A DNA stretch of 63,157 nucleotides, filler included, from Choristocarpus tenellus KU-1152 (GCA_964200185.2; 12 parts of 12 records of this genome joined end to end with filler, not necessarily neighbours in it); one strand, 5' to 3'; shown: positions 13,400 through 27,045, counted from the first letter of the whole stretch. Numbers and translations: made by a program. The notes: generated by a model from the letters alone, not told the origin.

Positions 13400-15150
13400 G
13401 TTGCATCTGCTATCACTTGTCCCTCATGACCCCTTTCGTAGGCAAGAGAAGATTTCCCTCGAGTCAGAGTGTGTTGTTCCACTCTATCGTATTACCGACC
13501 CATATCAACTCTTGAACAGCATTCAACCTCCCCTGGCACCCTGAATGTTTTGTATTGCCGCATAAGAAATTCCTTGGCATGTGGATGATGATCCTCTCTT
13601 TAACACAACTGCCACTGACATTTCAGTGATTTTACTTCGATATACTAAAGCCCACCCCACACTCTAAAAGACACACATTCATGAGATTCTAGCAGGGGGT
13701 CTTAATTTAATCGGACCAGGTGGCAGATCTTTATTCGTTCATGGCTTCCATTCAAATTGGGCCACAGCTTGGACACTTTTCGGTACCTCTACAAGCAGCA
13801 GTCAGCAGTCATACCCAACTAGGGAGTGGATAACCTTTCACTGGATAACAGCATCATATCAGCTTTTGGGTCTGTTTTAGATAGATACAAAAAAGTATTG
13901 CCATTTAAAGTTAGTGGTATATGTTGTCCCGCGGCTCACAATCTTTCTCAGTTCCCATTTCTTCCCCCTCAACATATGATGCCAGACTGAAATTTCATCA
14001 GAGTCAATAGTCCATTTCATGTCTAATTTTAGTGATCACAACTGCGTTCATCACACCTGTACATGCAATAAATACTATTTTCATTCCAACAGGCGTGAAA
14101 ACTGTCGTTGCAGTTAGTTCCCAGGTCATTTAAGGAACAGCCACTGATATTGTCGTGTGACCATCATCAACACTTGCATAGATATTCGGACCAGTCTTCT
14201 CATGGTCTGAAGTTGGATATGACTGCTGTACCACGATTTCTGTTTAATTTCCTCTACAACCAGGTGCTAAATCATATAGCAAACCTCGACTTTATGCAAC
14301 ACCAAAAATACGTGACACCATCAGCAAATGTATTAAAAAAATAGGAAAAAGAGGGTACTGTAAAACACGATGGATCCCCCCATTTCTTGGTGGATTTCAG
14401 AACTTCAACATGAATTTTAATATGAAATCCATGTCCTATTCCATCCACGAAAGGATAATTGTCCCCATTGGGATGTTCAAAATATTCCTCTTGTGTAGAT
14501 ATCCCGCTTCTTGGCAATGACCAATATCTGAGGAATGCAAATGGCATTCTTCAAGCTAGATGGAAGAAATGAGTTTCAGAGGTTGCCATATGGAGTACAA
14601 AATGCACTGTGGATCTTCTAACACTTGATGCCTGAAAAGTTTCGTACAATCGGTCGCAGTTCTATGTTATTAGTATTTTTTAATTATATTATTTTGGCTT
14701 TCCAACTTGGGCACACTACAAACAAATGATTACCAAGGGGGTTACCTTAATGCCATCCAAGGCTCACTTTGGCTCGATCCAATCCATTGTTTGGGACACA
14801 ATGTCTACCCAAAATTGATAACTACATCACAACCTCGTATTGAATCTATCCTAGAAATGCATCCCCCTCGAATTTTCCTAGATTCAGTTGATTTTGTTAT
14901 ATAAAGCGCATCCCTTACTTGGTTACTGCTACAGAACCATTGATGGAATCGATTTTTGCCATACACAAAAGTGAAGTGCCAAGAAAGATCGCGGCGCACG
15001 GAATAATCCAAAAATGCTTTTGAGTAATGCAAACGACATTTGACAGTGGTTCCAGTCCTACACTTTCCTGATTTCGAAAGGATTTTATAATACATGTTGA
15101 CGCTAGTATTGTTAGAATAAGAGTATGTTTATCCCAAGAAAATGGTGATG
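13400..15150 (-). pseudogene. Decayed pogo/Tigger-like (DDE_1) transposase
   Basis: Frameshifted pieces FVDG-GHGFHIKIHVEVLKSTKKWG / GIHRVLQYP...HLLMVSRIFG resemble the DDE_1 pattern DGHxSH..EVL....GI....P..H.LQPLDV..FG; Cys-rich remnant at the 3' end; many stops. Confidence 0.45.
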
Positions 15151-15699
15151 GAGATTTTAATCCCGTTGCTTCATCACAGTGCCTTGCTTACCTCTTCCCA
15201 AACGAAATACACATTCGTTTGCTACAAAATTAGAGCACTTTTATCATTCAAACAGCAGATTTCAAAAATTGAGGATGGAGCTTTTCATTGAGGATGAGCT
15301 TGACCCAAAATTGACTGNNNNNNNNNNNNNNNNNNNNNNNNNNNNNNNNNNNNNNNNNNNNTTAATTAATTAANNNNNNNNNNNNNNNNNNNNNNNNNNN
15401 NNNNNNNNNNNNNNNNNCCCCCCAAAAAAAAAAAACATATCTACACATTATTATCCCAGTCAATTTTGGGTCAAGTCCATCCTCAATGAAAAGCTCCATC
15501 CTCAATTTTTGAAATCGGCTGTTATCAGTCCATTTATATCAAGTAATAAGAAATCAATCATAAGCACACGACAACAAGTCAATGACACTTATTCCACTTA
15601 GTCAACATTCCTGTTGTCTAATAGCGGTCACTAAACACCTATAAACCATATAGACTACCAGCCTATATTGCACAATATCTCTACTTATAATTTTATAAA

Positions 15700-16727
15700 A
15701 TACAAATAACATACTTAATTGATATTGTACGTTTCCAATGTTCCGAAACCAACTTTGTTTGAGCTCCGGGCGATCCGTTGGACTCGTCCTGAGATCCATG
15801 ATCCTGAAAATCTTACAATTTTTTTTTCGGAAGTTGTAAATCGGATTATATCCGTACTTACAATTTTCAAAAATATAAAGCACATACTTCATAGATCTTG
15901 TACGTTTCCAATGTTCAGAAACCAAAAGGTCAAAGAAAAAGTGGCACCCTCTAATTTTTTTTAATACAAAATCTTAAATTGTTGGACATACGCATTCTTA
16001 AAACTCTACAGACGACAAAAAGGGGCTATTTGAGTATTGAAGGTCCATTTGGTTCTTCAAAACTCAAGGACACCTAAAACACGTGCAGGAGGATTTTTAG
16101 AAATAGTAAATCCAGTAATAACCGTTCTTACCATTTTTGAAAATACCAAGCACGCGCTTTATGGGTCTCAAACGTTTACAATTTCCATAAACTAAAACGT
16201 CACTTCCAACTGGTACCCACAATTTATTTAGATACTAAAACCGCTTTTTGGCGACCTTAGTATTTTTTTAAATACAAGAGACGAAAAAAAGCGGATCTAT
16301 AGTTTTCGAGATCCATTTGGATGTTCTAAACCCAACAAGAGCCAAAACAAGTGCGATAGGGTTTTTACGAAATATAATGATATTCTAATCCTTACATCAA
16401 CAAATACAAATACAAACCACATACTTCATTGATCCAATACGTTTGAAACGTACGAAACGAAAAGAAAACAAAAAACTGTTACTCTCTGGTTCTTTTCAAT
16501 ATGTAATGATATGCTGTTCGATATTCCTTTATTCATATAACACAATTGCCAACAGAAAGAGAAATCACCGAAACTCAAGAACTGCTTTTTGTCGTCTCTA
16601 CTATTTTTAAGAAGACAAATGTTCAACAATTTAAGATTTTGTACTTAAAAAATTGGAGGGTGCCAGTTTTTTTATTACCTTTTGGTTTCGGAACGTTGGA
16701 AACGTACAAGATCAATTAAGTATGTCC
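15700..16727. repeat. Foldback-like element with inverted arms and internal degenerate tandem units
   Basis: 15882-15990 is an inverted match to ~16618-16725. The motif ACATACTT(A/C)AT(T/A)GAT...ACGTTT recurs at ~15709, 15882, 16150 (degenerate) and 16418. Confidence 0.65.
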
Positions 16728-18289
16728 TACTACCACCTTTGGCACGGATTCCCATTCAAAAAGGGGCCCTTAAAAAGTGCCGCAACATTTACAAAAAAAA
16801 ACATATGGACACTTCCCGCGCACCATTTTCGGTCAATCTCATCCTCCATGATATGCTCCATCCTCAATTTTGCTGAGAGGCTGTTATGTAGTTTTGCAAC
16901 TGAAATCTGTAAGGTACTTTCTAGTGTCAAATTCCTAGTACCCCATTCTCATAATAACACAATTTCTCCCATCCACTGTTGTTACACTGCATTGAGTGTT
17001 ACGTTGTCCAAGATATGCGGATGTCATTAGTTTGTTGTAGTGGATGGTTTGACTCGTTAAGGAGAGGACTTACAGTACAAGTATTGCAGGGCAAGGACCC
17101 ATGAGGGTTTTGATCTACACCCACCTATCCTAATTGTTTGTCTTGTGATAGAAGGGGAGTGTATGGACTGCGAAAGAGTCAAACCGACTGAGAGGTAAGC
17201 AGGTCTTGGGGAAGAATATATCATTTTGTACAACTCCAGAAACTTTCCTGAATTGTTGTGTCACTTTGTGTGAGCAATGGGGGAATATCAATTTTGTGTA
17301 CACTATTGTGCACATACAGCAACGAAATAGCAAATGTATTGCATTGGGTAAGAAAGATGACTTAGAATGCAAAAGGGTCCAAATCTGCCTACCTATCAAT
17401 TAGTTTGGCTCTAAAGAGTATTACTATATAGCCCCTGGTGTTCCACTATTGCAGGATCTATTGCTACTAAGTGCATTATTTGCCCTCTGACATTTTGCAG
17501 ATAGATGGTGCCAGGAGGAAGACGAAGAAGATAAAACACATAACAAAAAACATAATATGTATTGCTTGTCACAGAGATCTTCCTCATGTATACAAAGAAT
17601 CAAATGACAAGAGTCAACTGCCCTTCTAGACTACCACTATAAAGGCAATCTAGAGATGAGGGAGGGAATTCAAGGGACTATAGACTGTCAGGAACTTTCT
17701 GGCCTTCCAGTCTGGTGTCTCTAGCCTTACAACATATTATACACCTTGACCTCTCTTCTACTCTAGTTGCCCTGTTACTGACAATATTGTATCTATGTTT
17801 TTTGCCGTCACCTACACCAGTTTCTGCAACTAGTTTGCTGTGTTTTCTTCTTTGTTCACTCCCTCCTACCTCACATAATGTCTGTTCATGTAATCACCTC
17901 CTTCTGGTTCTCCTGCAGTCAACTTGTCCAAATATCGACTTTGAATTGTTTTAACTCTTTCGATTTGGTTCCCTGGTCATAATCAAATTATTGCTGCATC
18001 TGTTGCTTCGTGCTTCTTGCTGTGATTGTATGTGTATGAGACTGGACAAAGGAGGTGTATGGCTCTGTGCATTAAACCTCTGGTGTTACCAGGCAGAAGG
18101 AGAGTGTTCAGATGCACCTCTCTTGCCTGAGCACCTTTTATATCTGCCTGGTTGTGTTGAAACCATCATTCTTGCACGAGTACATCCCATGAGAAGCAAG
18201 AATTAAGTATAAGTATACTTCAGCCACCAGGCGCAGGCAAAGGTTGATCCTACAGTGTTTCTTACAACAAGGGGCATGAACGCACTTAG

Positions 18290-18460
18290 ACTCAGAGTAT
18301 CTGGGGGCGGATGGCGACTGTTCATTTGGGGTCCATCTTTTTATGTCGCGATTTTAGTGTGATTTAGTTGCATACTTCGGATGGATAATGCAAGTGCACT
18401 TTTCCTGGTTATGGTCCAAATGGACACCCTGGTGCAGACCCCCCCCCCCCCCCCCTCCCC
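18290..18460. mobile_element. G-run sister MITE family (G(A/G)NNNA(A/G)AGTATCT-polyG terminus)
   Basis: Nearly the same sequence at 38704-38890. Termini of the family also at ~24550, 24730, 27936, 33718, 33925, 39098, 41879 and 56906. Confidence 0.7.
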
Positions 18461-18843
18461 GCCCTATCATTTCTCTTTTNNNNNNNNNNNNNNNNNNNNN
18501 NNNNNNNNNNNNNNNNNNNNNNNTTAATTAATTAANNNNNNNNNNNNNNNNNNNNNNNNNNNNNNNNNNNNNNNNNNNNCCCCCCCCCCCCCCCCCCCCC
18601 CGCCACCGCCACCGCCACCGCCCCCCTGGTTAGGTGTCAAATGGGATGTTAGGACTGATTGTGCATTGATTGCGCTTAGAATATTATCAATTATTGAAGC
18701 GATTCAGGTTCGATTTTTCGATATTTATTGCCTGTTGAGAGGGAGTTAACCTATCTATGGTTTGAGTAGGAGGTGGTGAAGAGTCCAACAGGTTCATAGT
18801 TGGAGATGGTGTTTGGAAGTTGACGTGCTCCCCCCCTCCCTCC

Positions 18844-18845
<2 letters not shown>

Positions 18846-18893
<48 letters not shown>
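18846..18893. repeat. (CT)n microsatellite
   Basis: Directly visible. Confidence 0.95.
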
Positions 18894-18896
<3 letters not shown>

Positions 18897-19089
18897 ATGA
18901 TACCTGAAATTTCTACAAGCAATGCTTGAGGGTCACATGTGGTCTAGGACTAATGCAGTCATGTTGTCTGGGTTGTCTTGCCACTTTGTTGCACACAAGC
19001 AATGCATGGAGGTCTAGTCTTCGATAGGGTTGATATTTACTGGTTGGTACTACTGCTTCAATAGACTGAGCACTGAAAGGGCGTGTAGG

Positions 19090-19965
19090 AAGTAGTACTA
19101 CATGCATGAACATTTAATACAACTTCGTTACTTTTTATTATTATTTAACATCTTATTATTGGTGTGAGGGAATCCAGACCTGTGGTGGAAAAAATTTCTG
19201 AAGTACTACATGCATGAGCATTTAATACTATATTTTTTTACTACTTTTAATTATTTATCGTAGCATTATTAGTATGGATGCGGGATCCCAGACCTGTGGT
19301 GGGCAAAAGTTCTTAAGTACTACATGCATAAACATTTAATTCAACCGCATTAGTTTTTATTATTGTTTAATATCACATTATTAGTATGAGGGATCCCAGA
19401 CCTGTGGTCGAAAAAGTACCAACTACTACATGCATAAACATTTAATACAACTTCAGTATTTTTAATATTATTTTTAGTATTTAACATGACATTATTAGTG
19501 TGAGGGATCCCAGACCTGTGGTCGAAAAAGTACTTACGTACTACATGCATAAACGTTTAATACAACTTCAGTATTTAAATATTATTTTTAGTATTTAGCG
19601 TCACATTATTAGTCTGAGGGATCCCAGAACCGTGATCGAAAAAGTACTTACGTAAATACGTAAACATTTAATACAACTTTATTATTTTTTGTTATTTAAC
19701 ATCTCATTATTAGTCTATGGAATCCCAGACCCGTGGTCGAAAAAGTACTTGAGTACTACATGTAGAAAGATTTAATACAACTCAAGTATTTTTTGTTATT
19801 TATAATCTCATTATTGGTCTGTGGAATCCCAGACCTGTGGTCGAAAACGTAAAACGTACTACATGCATACACATGTAATACAACTTCTATATTATTTTTC
19901 TTGTTTTTTTATTATTTATCGTCACATTATTAGTCTGAGGGGGTCCCAGACCTGTGATCGAAAAA
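19090..19965. repeat. Tandem array, 8 units of ~100-115 bp
   Basis: Unit starts at ~19092, 19201, 19315, 19421, 19536, 19650, 19751 and 19853. Conserved core GGGATCCCAGACCTGTGGTCGAAAAAGTACTT..TACTACATGCATAAACATTTAATACAAC alternates with variable AT-rich segments. Confidence 0.92.
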
Positions 19966-21814
19966 TAAAGTGCTCCAAAGAAGGCAATACGCAGTAGAGC
20001 GCACATACTAGTGGAGAAAAGGTAACAAGGACCATAGAAGAATAACTAAGGAGTTGAAGAAGGGAAATGAGAAGAAAAAAGAAAAGTAAAAGAAGATGAA
20101 AGTATAGAACCTGATCGAGAAAAACATCACCAGGAGAAAACATCTACACAGGTAGAGTAAGTAAATGAGAGGTGCCCAGAGTTACATTTTAGGGATGTTG
20201 ACATATTTGCACAAAATTCAGATTTTTTTACAGATGTATGTGTCGAAATATTTTATTAACCTTGTCAGAAAGGTTAAAAAAGAAAAAAGAAAAACAAAGG
20301 TTCTCAAGACGAACTTGGAACTTTCTCCATAGAAAAATGAGTGATTGCAAGAGAATTGCAAGTCAGACAAAAATCTGGATATCTCTCGTTTATTTCGACT
20401 CAATCACCAAATTGCACTCCTTGCCCACCAAGGGTGAGCCTGAGTTTCACAGGTGCTGGCCAAAGACGTCAACTTCAGTTGAGGAGAATCGGAGCAGAAC
20501 AGGGATCTCAGTGCACAATAGATGTCTCAGATTGGCTGGGCTATGCCAAAACAGAAAAACGGGCCAGTCAGAATCAGAATGGATCCTCGATCTGACGGTC
20601 CTTCTGTCTGTTCGACCAGATCTCAATGTTTGTTTGTGTGGTTTGTGGACTGGTCGTAAAGACCAGGTTCAATGACATGGAGAGCGCGTTCAAATGTGTA
20701 TGACCGCGTGCCATATCCATAAAGGTTTGTGCGGGAGATCCCAAAAAGGGGGATCTGTCCGTGACATTTCTCTCCCACAACGTGAATTCCATGTGACACG
20801 AACACAAGAGTCGCTGACCAGCACTTCATGTTGAACAGGTCCTTTGGGAAGAAGAAAAGGTAGAGTAGTAGAGGTGATCAGTCCCCAGTCACACTCTAGT
20901 CCAAGGTAGGAAACTCTGCATTAATGGGTGTATGCGTAGTGAGAAAAATGGCATGGATCATCAGCCTGTCTCCTACGTGCCCCAAGTGCATGAAGTTCAA
21001 TATCACTACAGCTTTGGTATCAAGTCATCCATTCGGAATGTTGCGGGAATAGTCGAACCAGTGGTGGGAAAACTCATCATCTCTTTCTCTTACTGATACA
21101 ACACTTGCCAACCAAGGTGCTTGGAAAAACCGAAATATTGGACTCAGATATATTTGTTGTATGCGCATTTGTGTTAGTACTGGTAAAATATTTTGAAAAA
21201 TATGTGTGCTTCTCACAGATAGGACCAATCTTTATTATGCCTCCGGCTAAGAGTTATGCATCTACCCCACGAGCCCGAGTCATCTGGTAGATAGACTCAA
21301 AGATCCACCCAGACTGTGCCATGCTATATGAAAAAGAAAATCCTATCTTTGGACTCTGATGGCAACTCACTAGAATAGAGGAATTCATCACGCTTTCCGG
21401 TCCAAAAAGGAGGGTTATCACAGTTGTTAGAGGAGGTGAGGGTTTGTTTGTAGGTTATGTCTTGTTGGTGGTAAATCTAGTTCTTCAACTGTTTTAAGGG
21501 CAGGAGTCTTCTATATATAGTTAGTCACTTGGTCAGTGACTCTTACAAAAGGGAGGTCCACCTTGTTCTCTTCTCTATAGTCTACGATCATCTCTGCACA
21601 ATCAGGTATCTCAGTGAGTTTGTTCCAATTATCACTGACCAGTTAATATCTTTGAAGGCGAAGCCAGTACATACAATTGCAGGCCGTCCTTCTTCCCACA
21701 TGTCGCTCATGGTCAACAATGGTCTCCTACAATGTATTTCCCAATTTTTTGCTGTGTCTTTGACCCCTGATCAAGATCTAGTTCGGGTATTACCCGCCCC
21801 CCCAAAAATTAAGG

Positions 21815-22071
21815 GAGTGAAAGTATCTTTGAGGGTACGAAATTTGGCCTGTTTGTCCATTTAGGGCTTGGCTTCCCAGGGTTTGTTTTGTGACATTTTC
21901 CTACTCCGAATTGTTTCAGAGTAGGAAAAAGGTATGTTATGAAAAGGTGTGTTCGGAACAAGGATATTGACACTTGCTAACAAACACAATAGTCTAAATT
22001 ACATCAAAATCGCAACATTGGATTTTGGCCTCCAAACGGACGCGGCTATACCCTCTAAGATACTTTGACTC
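21815..22071. mobile_element. GAG...CTC MITE (Sola2-like)
   Basis: TIRs, flanks AAGG/AGGG. Confidence 0.88.
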
Positions 22072-22129
22072 AGGGCATTCATGCCGAGTTCAGCGACCCC
22101 ACCTCTCTATGGGGTTTAAGTCGGACCAC

Positions 22130-22950
22130 ATGAACTGTTACTTCACGTTGGTCTTCCAAGCGTTTTACGCGGTGTGCAGTGAGGGTTATACATGCCTTCA
22201 CTTCATAAGGTCCTCGCCATGGAGGCAATAATTAGAGTTTGGTGCATTAACTGAAGCATGTAACTTGTGAAGCAACACTTTATCCCCTATCTCACAAGCT
22301 ATAGATTTATTACTTTCATTCTTAGATTCATTCCTCAGAGCCATCTCACCAATATATTCCCAGGCAACCTCGTATGCTAGCCCTAAGTGTTCGGCTCTTC
22401 TCCGCACTGTATTTGTAAACGGTTCTGACGGTGGTCTCATAAACCCCCGAAGATTAGATCAATTGGTAAAATTGGGCGCCTTCCAAACATAAGAAAAATA
22501 ATTTCCTGAACAGTGTTATTTTAGGCTGTGCCGTGTGCTAGCTGTACAAAGGAAAGCAAAGATGCCCAGTCAGATTGGTCCATATTCGAATACATCATCC
22601 CACTGGATTGTTCCGCCCCAAGGTCTCTCAGGAGATTTCAACTGTCAAGTGCCGTAATGGTCAGATCAATGGTAAATGGGGTAGGATGCCAGTTGAACTC
22701 GGGGAATCTTTTTAGAGTTCAATTTTCTAGTATATGCAAGGAACTTCCGTGTTATGACAAAAGTAGAAAAGTCAGCAAGTCATCATCACTGCGACAATGC
22801 ACGGCATCTACACAGTATTGAAATTCACAGTCTAGTCTCGTAAGAGCTGAGAATACAATGACATCAGAAATGAACAGCGTAGAGATTGTTTGACAACTGT
22901 TCCTGTAACTTCAAGGGGTATGCTGTTGATATGGACTACACATCAACGCG
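22130..22950 (-). pseudogene. Decayed Gypsy/Ginger-type integrase (core end plus GPY/F module)
   Basis: Minus-strand fragments DQSDWASLLSFVQLA, FLMFGRRPILPIDL, EIGDKVLL and (frameshifted) PPWRGPYEV...HRVKRL match the canonical C-terminal half of Gypsy-type integrases. Confidence 0.8.
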
Positions 22951-23521
22951 AAGGAATCTCTCATCTTCAAGGACAACAAACACACACCCAATGGCTTAAA
23001 ATATATGGGGGGGAGTGCTGACTGTTCATTTGGGGCCCGGATAGAGGTAGATCGGTAGTCGCATTGGACTTGGCGTTGACCTCGGTTTTTTCTTCTTCAG
23101 TTTTTTTTCTTCCCTTTAGAAGAGGGTTTGTTGACCTTGGTGATCGTGTCTCGTTTTGTTCTGGACTCGGATAGAGGTAGGTCGGTGGTCGCATCGGACT
23201 TGACGTTGGCCTCGTTTTATTCTTTTTCAGTTTTCTTTTTTTTCTTGTCTTTCGAAGGGGGATAGACTAAGGTTTGCGTATGCGAGGAGGATGCACCTCA
23301 AAGAAGTTCTCGTCGAGGAGGCCGTACTTGAGGTCGCGATCCTTACGATGAATGAGCTGAAGGAGAAAGATAGACTCGGAATCGACCCCAACGCGAAAGA
23401 CAAATCCAACCCTCCATCTACTGAGGAGCACCCAAAAGCACCATACATCCTATCAGAGAAAGTAATTGTGACATTGTCGACGGTCTAGCCTCTTGAGTTT
23501 CTTTTGTGTTGGCATCCTTAA

Positions 23522-23780
23522 GAGTGAAAGTATCTTAGAGAGTACGAGTTTTGCCCTGTTTGTCCATTTGAGGCTTGGCTTCTCTTGGGGGTTTTCATCA
23601 CCTTTTTCTACTCCAAAATGTTTAGGAGTAGGTAAAATGTATATGATATGAAACGGTGTGTCCAGAACATGGATATTTACACTTCCTAACAAACACAATA
23701 GCCAAAATGACATGCAAATCGCCAAATTGAATTTTGACCCCCGAATGGACGCGGCTTTACCCTCTAAGATACTTTGGCTC
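23522..23780. mobile_element. GAG...CTC MITE (Sola2-like)
   Basis: TIRs, flanks TTAA/TCAA. Confidence 0.9.
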
Positions 23781-24813
23781 TCAACCAACTCCGGACACAG
23801 CAAGTCTGCGCGGTTCATTAGAACTGTATTCAGACTTTGGTACCAACTCTAATTACGTTCGAATGACAACGACCCCATTTTCACTTCAAACGCCCGCCCT
23901 ACCCCCATGTTTTCAAAGGTGGGAAGGAGGTTACTGCTGAAGAATGTGGAGAAGGGTGATGTCTTCCTCAAAATCGTCCAATGCTCCAAGGGTTTTGCCC
24001 TCCCCAACGCCATAAAAGATGAAGGCAAGCAAGTGTGAATAATCGTTTGATGACATGATGATAAAGGGACAGGCGATAGGGGGATGATGGGTTCTTTGGT
24101 AGTTTGATAATGAATAAAAACGGTTTGACCTCATATTGGTTATAGTCGTAAGTGCGACGGTGTATTGACACGCAACCCCAACAACCATATCAAATGGTAA
24201 GGAACATTCAGAGGTTGCCGAAGATACCGCTGGAAGATTTTACTTTCTTACAGTGTAAAAAAAAATCTATACAGAAAAAAAGCATGATCCCGATTACAGG
24301 GCATTATAGACTAGAGCCAGCAGACTATCTCTAACCCTAACCCTAACCCTATTTGGAGTCCCTGGTCACCGTTGGTCCTTACATTATTAAAGCTATTGTG
24401 GGACATAAGTTTGGCCGTGGACCTCGATAGTGGAGGGGAAGAATACAACTTATGTACGCACGCGTCATTTGTAAATGTTGCAAACTTACATTAAAAAGTC
24501 CTGAACGAATTCGGTTATAAGTCCGTTGCATATATTTTTTGTCCACCTTGGGTTAAAGTATCTGGGGGGGGGGTGCCGGTGTCCGTTTTTCACCCTTTTT
24601 TTGATTTTTNNNNNNNNNNNNNNNNNNNNNNNNNNNNNNNNNNNNNNNNNNNNTTAATTAATTAANNNNNNNNNNNNNNNNNNNNNNNNNNNNNNNNNNN
24701 NNNNNNNNNCCCTCACAACCCCCCCCCCCCTAAGATACTTTGACCCAGAAGACTAGCATTACCCACTCCTCTGTTGGTCCAACTTGCCTGTGTTTCTCCA
24801 TGCATCATGCATT

Positions 24814-26511
24814 TCATCTTGTGACACCAGCCACTAGGGCAGGACTTTTAATCTTTCCATCAAGGATCCGCATAGCCTCCTCGTACTCTGAGCTATCATA
24901 CACAAGCGCCCCAGTCCCCTCACCCAATCCAAGTCGAAGCGCCCCTTTTTCTCCATTGTTGGTAAGTCCTTCCTTATTTGCCATATCACATGGGTGACGT
25001 AGCGACTCATGAGGGCAAACATCTGTGGCGATCCCTGTGGTGTCGTTGACCCAGAAGGCCACACCTGCCTCCTTAACTGCTCTCCAGCTGGCTGGATTGT
25101 CATTGTTGTCAACTTCTTGCACTTGTTGCCGTCGGTCTGACTTGGACTTGCTTATGCGGTTGGCAACATCACTTCATTCATCATGTGAAGGGCAACAAGG
25201 GGAACGTGGGTAATATTATCCGGTTAGCATGTTATGTTAGGGGATGAAGAGCAGAACGACCAGCAGCAGTTTCAAGGTGAACATGTATTACTCATTTATT
25301 GTCCATTGTAGGGTAATTTTGAAGTTATTCCACAGTAGTATTGTTGTGGAACAGTAATATGCAACTCAATACAAAGACGTGCGCATTTAATATTGAGTTG
25401 CGATATGCCATCAACAATTAGTTTTGAGGAGCAGCCTATTGATATATTGATGTAACAATGTACCATATAATGTGTGGGTAAATATTTGGTTATCAAGGAG
25501 GAGGAGCTGCATGCAAACCACCTCCAGCAACGATACTGAGCATATGGAACCACATTTTGCCCTTGACTGCTTTGAACTCTAGAGCCAACTAAACCTCACT
25601 TTCGTCTTGTCCCAAGGGTCTTTTCCCCCGTCTGCACCCTCACGCCACGAAGAGGATCCCCTCCCTTCTTTCCACTAGAAGAGTTGAACTGCATTTTTAA
25701 CATATAGTGAGAGGTCCAGGGATCAAGGCAGGAGATTCAGGGTTATGCAAACAACGGATCACTGATCCATAGTAAATTGCAGGGGGGGGGGGGGTGTTTA
25801 GGGCATGTTGTCCATTCGGGGCTTGATGAGGTGTTGTAAGATACCCCAGTTTCATGCCCGTTTTGCCAGTGATTTTCCTTCGGATTTGGTTAAGGAAGGG
25901 GGATGGAAAAGGATGGCGCGTTCAGATGAAGGACAGAGTCCCTGCATCTGACAAGTCCACTTAGAAAATATGAAAATCACTACGCATTCATAGGTTCGGA
26001 TGGACGTCAGACCCCCCCTCTAGGATAATGTGCTTGGTGCACTCCAGGACGAACGTACTACTGATAGCATTTAGTCCCGTATGCTGGCAACCAGGTTTAG
26101 CATCCAAGAGGTGACCACACTCTTTTAACTGCGTCATATATTGGAGTACTTTAACCTTGTCTATGACCTTTGATTTTCATCACAAGACTGAGAGGCTCCG
26201 TGTGGACGAAGCAATATTCGGCAGAATACATTTATCGCCCACAACGTTCCCGATGTAGTCCGGATATTTTTGAATCTCAACGACTATTTTGTACTTACAG
26301 AGTTTCTCGAGCTGAGCACGGCATCTGCCCTGGCTTGCCTCCGCGACATAAAAAGTGTTGGTGGCTTCAGAGTTCTCGACATTGGGTCTATAAGGGAAGC
26401 ATTGCCAAAGTTGGAGTTGGGGTCATCATCCTCAACCAAATACACCATCCTCGCCGCGTACCAGCTCGAAGAGTCACCCATGCCCACAGAGGAATCGAAA
26501 TTCGTCGCCAT
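24814..26511 (-). CDS. Spliced hypothetical protein with a C-terminal WW-like motif
   Basis: Probable exon 1 at 26511-26299 (MATNFDSS...RNS|GTAAGT), then an exon starting VIDKVKVLQY. Last exon ~25172-24814 has SWRAVKEAGVAFWVNDTTGIATDVCP. Middle exons unresolved. Confidence 0.55.
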
Positions 26512-26805
26512 GGGCACCAACAACACGATTATTTGAAGAGGTTTTGGACCGAAGTTGACCCTGACCTATGTTCAAAGTGTGATTAGAGCGATACGCTTCC
26601 ATCTAGAAATGATGAAAGAATCAGTATTCCAACCATAATAATACCGTTTCACACCACTCACCAAACACAAACACCACAAACCAAGAAACAAAATAAATAG
26701 ATGTGAACCAATCGTAACTACTTACTTACAATTAATAATGTATTGATTGATGCAGACAGAAAAATTCATTTTGTTTGCTGAGAAGAATTGGTAAAGATTA
26801 GGTAT

Positions 26806-27045
26806 TTATTCCTGTGCCCCTGGGGGGGGTATTTCATTAAACAGCGGTATCGCATTATTTCTTAACACGACTCGCCGCTTCTTCTCTTCTTCCACACCAC
26901 CCCTCCTAATAATACTGTCAAGACCCTTGGGTCCCTTACTCCCAACAAGATATAAACTATGCAGTTGACTGCACAGGCATACTCTTCTTGCACCATACAT
27001 ACTTCAAGCAAAAAGGTCACAACGTCACTAGGCATGTTTGCAGAG
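26806..27045 (-). CDS. Possible last two exons of an unknown gene
   Basis: QCCSANMPSDVVTFLLE|gtatgt ... ag|GPKGLDSIIRRGG...PGAQE*; phase-consistent but no recognisable domain. Confidence 0.3.

Noticed and set aside
15251-15523. Inverted AACAG arms on both sides of a linker as one element
   Set aside because: Different contigs and flanks (TTCA vs ATCA); both contigs probably just end in the same repeat family
19090-19965. CRISPR array or hammerhead ribozyme array
   Set aside because: Spacers are mutually similar AT-rich sequence, units are too long, there are no cas genes and the context is eukaryotic. The hairpin+GAAA is not directly preceded by the CUGANGA core
23453-23940. Recurrent ORFs containing YPLRYF / LVPSKILSL
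   Set aside because: Chance translations of the non-coding MITE
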